DNA of 64,000 nt from Lingula anatina (lineage: Eukaryota; Animalia; Brachiopoda): assembly GCA_051362555.1 (NCBI GenBank), contig CM120649.1, positions 2,914,001-2,978,000 on the forward strand. The letters are read 5' to 3'. The notes beneath the pieces were generated by a model, which ran no database searches, was not told where the DNA came from, and saw nothing but the letters and a program-made list of their open reading frames with translations. Made by a program: the position numbers and the translations under genes. This document shows positions 51,776 through 64,000 of this stretch, in pieces (the first letter of the stretch is position 1; each line of letters opens with the position of its first letter).

Positions 51776-54226
51776 TAAATAATGTTTCATGGCAATGGAA
51801 TTTGAAAGAATAATTAGCTCACCTGTAAAAATAAAAAGATACTGGTCAGTTACAAAAGAGAGAGTGAAAAAGGGCACGGCAACAGACGCTGATCAGGTGA
51901 ACACGACTGGTATCACATGAGAGAATTATCCAATGAACCCCTGCTCAAGATGATGAAAGAAAGAAAGAAAGATATACATACATAGAATATAAAAATGGAT
52001 GTGGTGAAAAATACACAAGATGAGACTTATACCCTGTCACCAAATAAATGCTCCCATGGCTTCATTTTACAACATTGGACTTCTGTCCTCAAAAATTTCT
52101 GCATCTAAAAAACGTGACACTTCAAATCAACTATTTCTTGAACTTCAAAAATAGCCATGGTCAAAGTCTAGTGAAGAGATTTAAAAATGTAATATTACTT
52201 CACACTATTACTACTGAGTGCTTTTTAAATTTTAAGACCTTTATATGCATTGAATAATTTTATAAACAATAATGTAATCTACATAATAATAAAATAATAA
52301 TAATAATCTCAAAGAAAACACAATTGGACCCACAAAGAGCTTTAAGAATTTTTTTTTTAATCTCTTTGAAGATAGCTAACCATTAAAATACAATTCCATC
52401 ACCAGAATAAAAAGAAAAACTTGGCTATTTGATCTGGCTATAAATACTTCAGTTATCATCTTATTATACCTCTATAATACTTCTTATTACGTATCCACCT
52501 CAACCACATGAAAGGAACAGCAGGAAAAATATCAATAACTAGAAAAGCAACCTCTGCTAGGACAAATAATAATTAATAATTCACCATTTCCTAATTAATG
52601 AATTGTCAACAAAATCTAATATAATATCATGCCCGAGCTTTCTTGAAATTTTAATGTAATTAATCATTTATTCAATTATAAAGAAAGTGCCCTTCCACTA
52701 AATAAATCTCAACTTTTTTTTGCATATAATGACAATAATTCATTTCAGAAAATCACAACCTAAATGCAAAATTAAATGTGCAAAAGGATTATGTGTGTAT
52801 AAACCTTTAAAATTCAAAGGTAACATAAGATCTGATTATGTATGAAGTCTGAAACCTTGGAAAACGAGTTCGTGGAAACGTAAACTTTAACATTTTATGT
52901 CATTTTACAATATTATTACGCAGAACATTGTAACTACTTTTAAGTTCAAACTATTTTATCATGCTGCTGACAAAGCAATCGGTTTTATTTGCTTTATTGG
53001 ACAACACTAGAGTTGGGTCTGAAAATGTTAAGAATTGTCTCATTTCAAGACATCAAACTGGACAAGAAAGACCACGTCTCTCCTATGGCGTGACTTGTGA
53101 ACAACTCATAGTAATAACAACATAAACTTAAAAGCAACTCAATCACACAAATAAAAACATGAATAACTATACAAAAAAATACAGTAACTAATAAAACGGA
53201 ATGTATCAAAAATAAACAAATTACAATAAATGCAACCGAATGTGAAGTAGGAAAGGAATGATAAAGGGTGAATAATAAGAAACCAAAAGGTGAATACCAA
53301 ATAAAACATATATAATGTGGAAATATACTCATGCCTACCTGAAAATGTAAAGAATTGTCTCATTTCAAGACAACAAACTGGAGAAGAAGGACCACGTCTT
53401 TCCTATGGCGCAACTTGCAAACAAAAAGAATACGAAAATACACGAACGAAGACGAACAAATACGAACACAATGAGAGCACAAGGAGAGCACAACTAAAGT
53501 ATTTTGCCTGTCACACTGCTAATCCGCTTTTTTACAAAATAAAAATGTACTTCTTTTTTGTCTTATGCATTTTAGCCTGCAAATAATGGATTTCACAACT
53601 TGACAATTAAAAAAGGATTTCTGGCCTATTCTAATGCACCAGTGCCTATATCCACTAAAAACACATATATTATGTATTGAAACACAACCTTTTACAACCG
53701 GTCTTATGCCAATCAAATAAAATTTACATTATTGTTAATATCATCAAAACATCTTCAGAACAAGTCAGTTCCCAAATCCCCAATTTAGAAGTGGGTCGAA
53801 GTTTACTTCTTTATGTTCACCAGCAGTCTGTTTTTTTTTATCCAATTGTAACTGTCTTGATGCTTTCATGGGATCTTCAAAATATTAAATTATTTTTTTG
53901 TGTTCACAACACAAAATTACATGACACACAATGTTTGACAGTCTTTGAGACAATCTCAATATAGGTACACAGCCATCAATAAATACAGATGCCAGAGTAG
54001 AGCTCGATTTCTTCTGGATCATTTCTCTTGCATTCGCCAGAGTTGCGATAAAATGCATCAAATCGGTGAAGATATTTTGAATCATCCACGTCTCAACAAT
54101 CCACTTGTAACTCTGCCTGTATTGTACCACAATCCATCTCAGTTTGTCAAAAATTAATCACACTGATGTGGCTATAAATACAGTAAACTGGATGGCCGGC
54201 CATTAGACCTGATGCTAGAAGTTAAA

Positions 54227-57200
54227 TCAAAATCCCTCATAATTTGCCAAGTTGGCTGCCTCTGACCATGCAGCGTGACGAGCCCCATCCATTTCCCCAG
54301 CCAACTGATTATCGTCCCGGAGTCGATGACTCTGTCCACCGATACGAGCCTTACACTCAGGGCAATTTGCTTCTTCTGTGGCACCACCACAGTCTCCGAT
54401 TGCGTACACATGACCTGTCAATGAAGGGGATACTTTTGCATTAAGCATTTGCTATTTAGCCTTCAAAGGTTAAAGCACTTACAGGGGCAGATTGAGGCCG
54501 TCTTCTGGGTCTTTGATTTTTTTTTCTGTCAGAAGACGGTCAAAAATAGAGGATGCTTCTATAAAGATAGTTTGGAAGACTGTCAGAAAATTTCTCTGGG
54601 TCCGCCCCTGACTTATCAACATTTTTGAAATTTGCAAAAGACCATCAAACAGTTCAGTACCTTCTTCAGTGGTAAATAACAGGTGTTGTTATACAGGGTG
54701 GCTGTTCACTGTGGTAAGTACACAAATTCTCCAGATGCAAAAATTCACATGCCAAAGTAAAAACCAAGCAGACCAAGAGACATGAACAGTTTCACAAATG
54801 ATCATTACTGTCTACAAGCTGACTTTATATTCAAAACAAACTTACCATTTGGACACTTAAACCAATGCCCTTGGGTCAGATCCATGGCTTTAACAATTTC
54901 TTGGCGTTCAGTGTCTGTGATTCCTAGCCCCGAGGCTGGACAGGCCTGCTTCACATCATAGTATATTCTCTTCACTTTTGCCTCTCTTTCTGGAGAAAGT
55001 GGTTTCTTGTCACACAGTAGGGTTTTCACGCAATCAAACCAATCTGATAATTTGGGGGACAAGGTCCCCCCGCTGTTCTCTATTTGGGTTTTCATGATGT
55101 ACCAGTTGCCCAGCAGGGCCAGGCGAGTTGTCTCTGCACTGAACTGGGTTGTCTCCTGCTGGCTCATGTGAGAGCGAGGCTGAACGACCCAGGTATAAAG
55201 GGATGTGAGCTCCTTCATAATGTCCTTGAGTTCACTAGCACATTTCCCAGTTTTCTTCTGCTGTTCTGCAAGCTTCGCCTTCATGCCAGACAGCCTTTTA
55301 ATTAAGTTGATTTGATTCTCAATAAAGGCCAACTGATCGGCAGAAACAGTTCCACCTGTAATCTTGGATTCAAAATCGGCAAAGATGTTCTGCGCATGAG
55401 GCAAGCCACTTGGATCAATATTGATTTCAGAAATTTCCCTTTGAAGACGGCTCTGAGTTGTAAGGAGTATATCCCTATCAACAGCCAACTTCATTTTCAC
55501 TAATTCTACATTTGCTAACTGAGTGTTGATCTGCTTGCCATAACGCAGGTTTCTCCTAATGGTTGTCTTACACAATGGGCAGCTTTTTAACTGAATGCTC
55601 ATGTTTTTTGAATCACTGCTTTCCATTGCAAAGTACTGATCGAGTCCACTGACTTCAAAGTAGTGCTTGCAATCCTGGAGTTGCACGAATCGAGCGTCAT
55701 CTTCATCCTCAGTCCCAAAGAATATTTTTGTCACTTCCTCGCCATTGCAAACTCTGCACAATTTGGGACATGGCTCACTGCAAAGGCCAATACAAGGATG
55801 TCCACATCTCAGCATCCTGCTGCAAGGTTCATTACATGGTGGGCGGTTGCATGGCTCACTGCACAGCTTCCTGCATTTGTGGTGCTTGCAGACCCATGCA
55901 CAGGGTTCTATACAAGGCACACAGGGTTCTCCACAGGTCTTTTGGCATTTGCTGTGCACGCAGCGGTTCTCACATGGCCTCTGACAAGGGGGGCAGTTCT
56001 TGGTGCACGTGTCCTTGCATGGATGTCCACATACTAAGGTGCGATCACATTTCTGTTGGCATGGCATGTGCAGTCGCCCTTGTCTGCATTTTCCACATTC
56101 CCCAGCACATTTGTGCCCACACTCCAGTATCGCTTCACATCCTTTAGGACATGGGAAAGTCTCCGGAGTACGATGGCAATAAGTCATCACAGCGTGATCA
56201 CATGGCCAGAGACGTTGGTACACCTTATCACATTTCTTTGTGTGTTCCTCGCTGCACTTGTTGCTGCAATTGTGCCCACAAGGCAGTTTTATATCACATG
56301 GCTGATTGCAGGACACCAGAGACAAGTCCACTGAGCAAGCAACTGATTGCTTATGGCCACAGGCTGGCATGACTTTATCCACCATCTTCATGCATTTGCC
56401 ACATTCTTCAAAGCAGCGTTTTGTGCACTGATGCTTCATTTCACAAATTGTTTTCATGCATGACTCCATGCATTGCTGATTTGCATGCTCTTTATCATAG
56501 CCATGACAGACTTTTTTGCATGCATGTCCACAAGGAAGACGATATTCACAAGGTAGCATGCACCCACCCTCTGGTGCCAAATTAAAATCAAGATCTGTCT
56601 TGGCAAAAATGCCCTTTTTTTTAGGATGGTTCTGACAGTACAACCGCAATCCTTCTCCAATAGACCCACATTCCCGAAGATCATCAATTATCTTGCTCCA
56701 CATGTTATTACTTTTTAACAGCCTAAAGTTGCCTATCACATAAAAACCCTTTTTGGCACGTGACAACGCAACACAAATGCGGTTTTGAATTGCCAAAAAA
56801 CCCATGTTCCCTTCTTTGTTGCTGCGGACAAGCGATAGTAAGATGATATCATTCTCTTCTCCTTGAAAATTGTCTACGGAGGAAACACGCACTCCCTGGA
56901 ATGTTGTCTTGGGCATGATTTTCTTCAACTGCAACAGCTGGCCTGTGTAAGTTGTTAGAATGGTGATCTGCGCTGCCCCATATCCTTGAAGGAGGAGATA
57001 TTTACACAGTGCAACGATAAACTTTGCCTCATGTTTATTGGATCGACTACTGTTCTCTCCATCCTTAACTTCTGGGCAGCTATGGCTAATGAAGAACATA
57101 TTTTTTGAAACGCCTCTGATGTCTTCAGCATCCTCAACACTTGGGTGGTTTTGCAACTTCGGATAGATGTGCCTTAGCAATGTAGCAATCTCAGGACGCA

Positions 57201-60200
57201 TGCGGTGCTGCAGCTTCAGGCAGTCAACTTGAATGCCATTCTTGACCATCCTCTCAAAGAGAGACACATCAAGGTTGTACTTCTTTGCCAAATCATAAAC
57301 TGTTGGTGTTGGCCTCAGCTGCTTGTGGTCTCCAATCAGGATGAGGTGCTGACACGACTTGCTAAGTGCGGTCACAATGTGGGCCTCCAGTACTTCAGCT
57401 GCTTCTTCAACTATCACAATCTTGGGCTGGACTTCTTGGAGGATGCTGCGGTACTTAGCAGCGCCAGTTGTGGTCATGCCAATCACAGCAGCCTCTTTAA
57501 GAATCATCAAATCCTGCTGGTTCTTGACTTCCCTCATGCGTGCTGAGACTTCTTCATACTGTTCCTCATACTCTTCTATCCCTTCCTTAAGGTGTGTACA
57601 GTATTTGGTAACCCAAAAGTGATATAACCGCCATCTATCTTTTTTGGATAGGGTCCAGACATTGCGCACTTCACCCTCTTCAACTTCAGACATAGCATTC
57701 TTGTTGCGAAGCCCATCTCTTAGAATTTTCTTGCGTTTTTTGGATGTTTGATTTTGATCTTGCCAACCCATATCTTTTCCATCTTTGGTACTACCAAGTT
57801 CAGAAATGCTTAAGTGATCAAAATCAAGGGCAAGAGGAATATCAGAAATGGCCACCATCCTCCTTCTAGGAAAATCAGCTTCCTCTTCTTCATCATCAAT
57901 TATCCTTTGCTCCTGCAACATGTCTGCTTCTTCTTCCACATCAATAACTTCCTCTTCTTCTTCTTCATCCTCGTTCCCTTCCTCCTTTCTTGCTCCTTCA
58001 TCAAACCCTCTATAATCCCCTGGGGCATACAGGTTATTTCCCAAACCTAACCAGTCAACCATGTTGGAATTCCTTTGAGAAGTTTGTTCAAATGGCCAAT
58101 CCAATCCTTGAGGCTGCCTGAACTCTGTAAGGCTTGTGTAGTGGTCAGGGTCAATAAAAGGGCGCAGTGTGTCCTCATGCATGATTCCTTGGTCTGTGTG
58201 CTCTATGCGGGCTACAATATTTTCTATCTGTAACTCTATTTCCTTCATCTCTGATCTTGCATCATTCAAACCTTCATGGATCCCAGAGGGGACCTTCTTG
58301 TTTTGACGCATTTCATCTTTCAGGTTTCTGATTAAAAACTTCTCCAGTGCTTTGCTTTTTGACCTGCCCCCGACCCTGACAATGCCATTTTGTATGAAGG
58401 TGTGTATTCCCTCTAGGAATTGATCCAATGCATGGTTGGTGTAGCATACAACTAGAACAGGTGTGTCTCCACCCCACACAGTTTTATTGTGAAGGAGTGC
58501 CCTAGCAATCTTCAGACCAAGGTACGTCTTGCCTGTACCAGGTGGTCCCTGTATAACAGCTATCTCTTTGGTTAGGGCTGTCTTCAGGGCTCGCATTTGG
58601 GATTCATCCAAGTGGAACACCTCAGCACTTGGCCAGCACGAGGTTTTCAGTGCTAACACCTGTCGGGCACTCTCAGCTGCCAGGCTGTCCACCGGGAAGT
58701 AATCATCATTATCTGTACCATCTTCAAGTTGAAGGAGGGGTTCTTGTCCTTTAACTAGTGGGTCTTCTGTTAGTGGACTTAAATCAAATGCAACTCTATC
58801 CTGGTCTCTTCCTAGCAGGTATTTTGGTGGAGCCACCCCCCTTTCACAGTGAACTATATATCTTTCCAATGGAAATCCATTCTCTTCAATGGTCTGTAAT
58901 CCAACGAGAACATGGCGATATGCCTCAAAGTAAGCAGTTGTCTCAGCCATAATAAAGGAGGTGGCAGGCGAAATTCTGTGTACCTCTCCCATTCTCTGCT
59001 CAAAGCGTACTTCTAGGAACCCTTTTTCCAAGTCTTTTGGATTGCGGTTGGCAACTGTGGCAAACAGAAGTGTTTCGAAATGATCCTGTGACAGACATAC
59101 AAGAGAACCAAAGATCAGTCTTTTGCTGTGCTCCCACCTCACCCCCTTCAGCTTGGACACATCAAGACGTATTCTGTACACCAATCCATTTGCTGTGCAC
59201 ACCGGATTTACCACATGGACATCATGGTAGATACGGATATCTTGAAGACTTTTATCTTGAAGATGGTTAACATCTTTTTGGTTGTTAGATCTAAGATGTA
59301 AAAATTTCATAATTCCCTCCCTTAAAGGCCGAACGAAATCTTCGCGCAGCAGGCGGAACTGGACATCAAGATATTCATTGACATTTTTGTATTTACCACA
59401 TGTTATATTTTTTCTTAGAAATGGCTTCGTTGTCAAATTGATGTCATCAAGAGTGGGGAAAATTGGAACATTTCTGAAATCATCGGGTGGGAGCTGATCA
59501 TCAGAAGCTATTGCCATGTCACACCCAGAGCCTTCTTCTTGCTCTGTCTTCAAAATGGCTTTACTCAACCTGTTGACCTCTGCCAGCTGAAGCTCAATAC
59601 CTTCATCAATGATGTCACTGATGGACCGAAGCTTCTTAATAGTGCTATCTAACATCAACAACGGGCCCAAAACAATGACTATTGCAGCTTGTGGTAACAT
59701 AATAAGTAGTTCTCTAAATATCTTTAGCATGTCTTCAATGGGCTGTTTAAATTCTTCTTGCTTGTAGTCTGAACTTTCAAGGTCCATCTGGGCAATGTAC
59801 ATTACAAGGTGCACACCCAGAAATTTGGAGTCTTTGACAATGTTCAGCAGCTGTATCAAAAGATGGCGCGTCAAGCTGAATGTGCAAGCTTTAGCTAACA
59901 AGGCCAGGACAAGCTTGATCCAATCAGGTTTCAACGAGTCTGATAACAAGAGTTCCCGAAATCCACTTCTTGGGTGATTTAGTGTGGTTAATAGTTCAGA
60001 AGGTTCTTGCGACTGAAATTCATCAAGTTGTTGGTACTCAATGACTGGTATCTTCCTCTCTGCATCCTGTCTTGCATGCCCTCTATTGGCCTTTCTTGGC
60101 CTACCATTGGCATGTCCTTCTTGTTGCCTTGAACCAGAGATTGTTGAGGATATGTTACAAATATCAGTTACCAATTAAATGATAGTATATATCAATTAGC

Positions 60201-60777
60201 GGAAAATTAGACAATGAAGTTGGCAAATATACAGACATTTAAATTTTAAAAACAAGTAAATTCAATGGAACAGATTTAGTGTTTTAAAAAAAAATCATAA
60301 AAATAAGATTCCCCCCTTAACAATGGGTATAGTCTATCAAAGAGAAGGTTGTGCTTTTCACTGTTCCTTCTCTTCTTTGGTTGTTTTGACCAACCATTAA
60401 TACTCTAATGGGTCAACACTTTTTCATTATTTTTATGTTGTTGTCAATGGAAACAACAGCTCATTTACAGCAGCAAAAATAAGAAAAGCAATGAGCAAAC
60501 TTAATTAAAAGTTATAAAAAAAAACTTAGTAAGAGAGAGAATTTATCTACCTCTACCATCAGAGATAACAAGTTTGACAACATTTTAAAAAAATTTAAAA
60601 TGACCAAGTGAAAATAAAAGCACCTTAATTGCTAACTAGAGGATCAGAGAGGCAATACTGCCTCCGGATATTGTACCACCAGCTGGAGTAAGCACATTTG
60701 GATGGAAAACCCAAAAGTAAGGGTCACTATTAGTCTTGTGCTGACAAAGGCTGTAAAATTTTATCAACAAGAGTTTT

Positions 60778-60826
<49 letters not shown>

Positions 60827-62909
60827 CCAATTAAGTGAATTTTCCGATTGACCTGTATTTTCCTAACATTGATCACTCCTGTGATTTTCCTTGAAATGTG
60901 TTTCCAGTGTTGCATATTTGCGGACAAAAGAGAGAACCTAGGGGCAACACTGGTCATATCTCTGTTAGTTTTGAAGATGTGAGGGCAAGAAAATATGCAA
61001 AGTTCATGGTGAGAAAGTAGGTCAAAGGTCAATTTCAAGGCCACAGAAGATAACTTCCTATTTAAGTTCAATAAAAACTATGGGCACTTCTTTGCCACTT
61101 TTTGGAGATTTAAAGGCCAGAAAACATGCAAAGTTCAATGGTCAAAATTAGGTCAAATGTCAATTTTAAGGTCACAGTTAGATTACCAGTATATGACTAA
61201 ATTCCTATTCAAGTTCATAAGCACCTATGGGTGTATATCTGCCAGTTTTCGAGATATAAGGGAGAGAGAACATGCAAAGTTCAGTTCATGGTGAAAATTA
61301 GGTCAAATGTCAATTTCAGGATCATAGTTAGATTGCCAGTATATGACTTCCTATTCAAGTTCATAAGTACCTGTGGGTGTATCTTTGCCAGTTTTGGAGA
61401 TATGAAGATCAGAAAACTTGCAAAGCGCAGTTCATCATGAAAAGTAGGTCAAAGGTCAATTTCAAGGCCACAGCTGGATTACCAGTATATGACTTCCTAT
61501 TCAAGTTCAATAGTAACTATAGGCATATATCTCTGCTAATTTTGGAGTATTTCACATTTTATTTTCACCAATCTGGGGTAGCGCTACTAGGCTAGCACTC
61601 GCCAATTTAGCCAAATGCTAAAACGGACTTAATTTGGCTAAACAAAAAGGACTTGATTTGGCAAATTTTAGTCAAATTAAAACTATTTTTATAAAAAATT
61701 GACATAAAAGTGATGATTTGGCTAAGTGAAAAAAAATTGCCAGCACTACCCCAGCCAATGAATATTGGATGTTGAACTTTTTGATCCATAGCAATGCCTA
61801 AGCCATATCGAATGTGACCTAAATCCAAGAGATGGGGACACAGCTAGGTCGTTGCAGTCTAGGAGGAGAAGCAGTAACGCAGTTCTAGACGGGTCGGGCT
61901 AAAACCATGAGTACTGGTGGTACTAATTAAAGGTACATACGAACCGAGTATCGGTGGAGCTTAGATTCCCAGTAACACATGTAAACCACTTCTACTAGAT
62001 TCTTATATGACTCAAATAAATTCGACATGCCAAGGAATAAACTGAATAGATCACTCGATCAGCCATAAAAGACCTTTAGACATGATCATTCCCCAAAGTT
62101 TCATTTGTCTTAGTTGCTTTGTGTAAAAGTTAATTATGTCCTTTTTAATAATATGCTCCAAATGGCTGCATTCTCTATTTGTTGGCTATAGTCACTGGTA
62201 ATCCAACAGACAAGCAGATGTATGTTTAAAGCTATATACCTCACTCCTTGTGGAGAGGGGGGAAGGGGCATAATAAATGGTCTTTGTATATGTTGTATAC
62301 TCACTCTGGATCACGAGGCCGTTGAAAATCTCCACCTCTGCCGCGTGATCTTCTCCATTCTCTTTCTCTCCCACGCCCACCACCTTTGCCTCTTCCTCTC
62401 TCTGCCTAGCAAAAAAGAAAATCATTCAAGTTGTATGAAATAATTCAATTTCAATCAGTCAATTAATGAACCATTATCCCCACTGGAATATTATTTGATA
62501 GATGAAGAAAATTATATATACTGCATGTTACATTGTACAGACAGTTTTCATCTCTATATTTTTTGCTTGAAAATTCATAATAATGTTATCTATGGGTGCT
62601 TTCCCAGAGATTTAGATCGATCTAAAGGTTAAGATTTAGATCGACCTAACTCCCTGGGGGTTCACGCTAAATTGCAGTCAGCCGAGCGGGCACCATAGTT
62701 AATTACCCCCTTACAGCTTTTAGTAGGGGGGGACAGACACTTAAGCCGGCCAATCTGACAGTAATCTAGTGAGATTCCCCACAGGGATAGATTGATCTAA
62801 AAATCTATGGAAATGGGGTGTATGTACTCAAAAGGATTCTAGGACATTCCCCCCCCCCCCCCCCCAAGGACAATTCCCCCCTTAGACAATCACCCCGCCT
62901 ACAAAAAAA

Positions 62910-62965
<56 letters not shown>

Positions 62966-63211
62966 GTGTATAAAGTTCAAAACATTTCATCCATTTAATT
63001 TATATTTTTAGTGTAATAACACAACTTCATCATTAAACAAATTAATTTCTAATTTTTTATGGGTTGATTATATTTCATTCTTTAAAGTCAACACATCCTT
63101 TAGATTTTCAAATTTAAATGTCCTTTTTTAAACTTATATCATTAAGACCATTTTTAGATATAAATGCAAATGTTGTAAGACAAGCTAGATAGGCCTACTC
63201 ATACTTACCAT
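54227..63211 (-). CDS. ZNFX1: ZNFX1-like copy 3; join(63209..63211,62305..62405,54846..60127,54227..54414), about 1857 aa
   Basis: ATG|GTAAGT first coding exon, GT-AG introns, 5574 nt divisible by 3; helicase, NF-X1 and RZ motifs intact. Confidence 0.85.
54846..60127 (-). CDS. ZNFX1: ZNFX1 copy 3 main exon (5282 nt)
   Basis: Lies within ORF 54805..60174; same splice sites as the paralogues. Confidence 0.95.
60634..61926 (-). mobile_element. Diverged HINE family B in intron 2 of copy 3, with a nested 182-bp MITE at 61573..61754
   Basis: ACTAGAGGATCAGAGAGGC...GTACTGGTGGTACT ends and ~146-bp repeats. Nested TIR CTGGGGTAG/CTACCCCAG with 5-bp TSD CCAAT. Confidence 0.7.
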
Positions 63212-63754
63212 ATATGAATCAAAATCCAATTAATTTCAAGTGTGTTGTGAAGTAGTAAGACATAAAACAATACATAAGAAAGCAGATTATTCAGAAATAT
63301 ATACATGATCAATGCACAGATTATAGTTTAACAGCTATTGCTTCTGTTGTGACGGAATGGCTTCTCCAAAGCAATCCGTGACGTCAAACTTTCGTTTTTG
63401 ACTCTGGTTTTTCCAAGAGAGTCGTTTGCTATCTCCCCGTGAAAAAAATGCTAACACCATCTAAAGAGCACACCTTAGGCTTTGTTAGTCTTACACTCTA
63501 AGCACAACTAAGCACCTGACTTTTTTTAATAAAAGACAGCAAATCAAAACATCCGATTTTAATCAAGCGTGTTAGACGCGCTGTAACACTGTTCTTTCTT
63601 CTTCCGACTCGTCACGATATTTCGACCAACTCGGACTCGCCCTAGTCAACTTAACTCTGTTATACAGCAGCACAGGTGCACCTAGACTACGGGGTTTCTC
63701 TGAGGATTATTGCAATTGCATATTTAATTCTGTCATTTATCGCTGCCAATTAAG

Positions 63755-64000
63755 TTGAATCGGAATGATGGGACTGAGCTACCCAACCTCTACCTACCAC
63801 TCCTAAGGGAGGGGCAGGCAACGGGGGTCTGACCAAATAGCACACCTGAGGGGGTGACAGGTTGTCATACCTGTCACAACCTCATTCCCTGATGAAGTCT
63901 GACTGCAAGCAGATGAAATATATTGGATGGTAAGATCAGACAAATATATAAGAAGCTATAGACAAAAGAATCTTCACAAGTCTATTCTGTCATTTACCTT
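63755..64000 (+). mobile_element. Penelope-like retroelement 3' end (GIY-YIG C-terminus and pseudo-LTR)
   Basis: Translates LNRNDGTELPNLYLPLLREGQATGV*, followed by a hairpin (GTGACAGGT..ACCTGTCAC) and a hammerhead core. Confidence 0.7.
63883..63930 (+). ncRNA. Minimal type I hammerhead ribozyme motif, possibly degenerate
   Basis: cattcc-CTGATGA-a-GTCTG(actgcaag)CAGAT-GAAA-TATA-TT-ggatg: conserved core boxes, stem II, palindromic stem III and flanking stem I. Confidence 0.55.

Overview
Eukaryotic, AT-rich, invertebrate-like genomic DNA. The window holds three tandem minus-strand paralogues of ZNFX1: UPF1-like SF1 RNA helicase, NF-X1-type zinc fingers, a RING-like module and a C-terminal RZ-finger E3 ligase. 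Each can be assembled by hand into an intact 4-exon GT-AG gene of about 1860 aa: a tiny ATG exon, a 95-101 nt RG-rich exon whose coding frame the ORF track misses, a ~5.3 kb exon, and a 188-nt RZ exon. The middle copy looks chimeric, with the promoter and 5' end of copy 1 and the body and 3' flank of copy 3. This fits unequal crossover duplicating ~10.5-31 kb as ~32.2-60 kb, although an uncollapsed-haplotype artefact cannot be excluded. Comparing the two spacers exposes many transposon insertions and their empty sites. Mobile elements include Helentron-type HINEs with satellite arrays, TTAA/Kolobok-like, MULE-like and hAT-like MITEs, a solo LTR, LINE ends, a decayed Academ-like transposase split by a Crypton-like foldback, and a Penelope end with a hammerhead-ribozyme core. 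All calls are by eye; no database searches were run.
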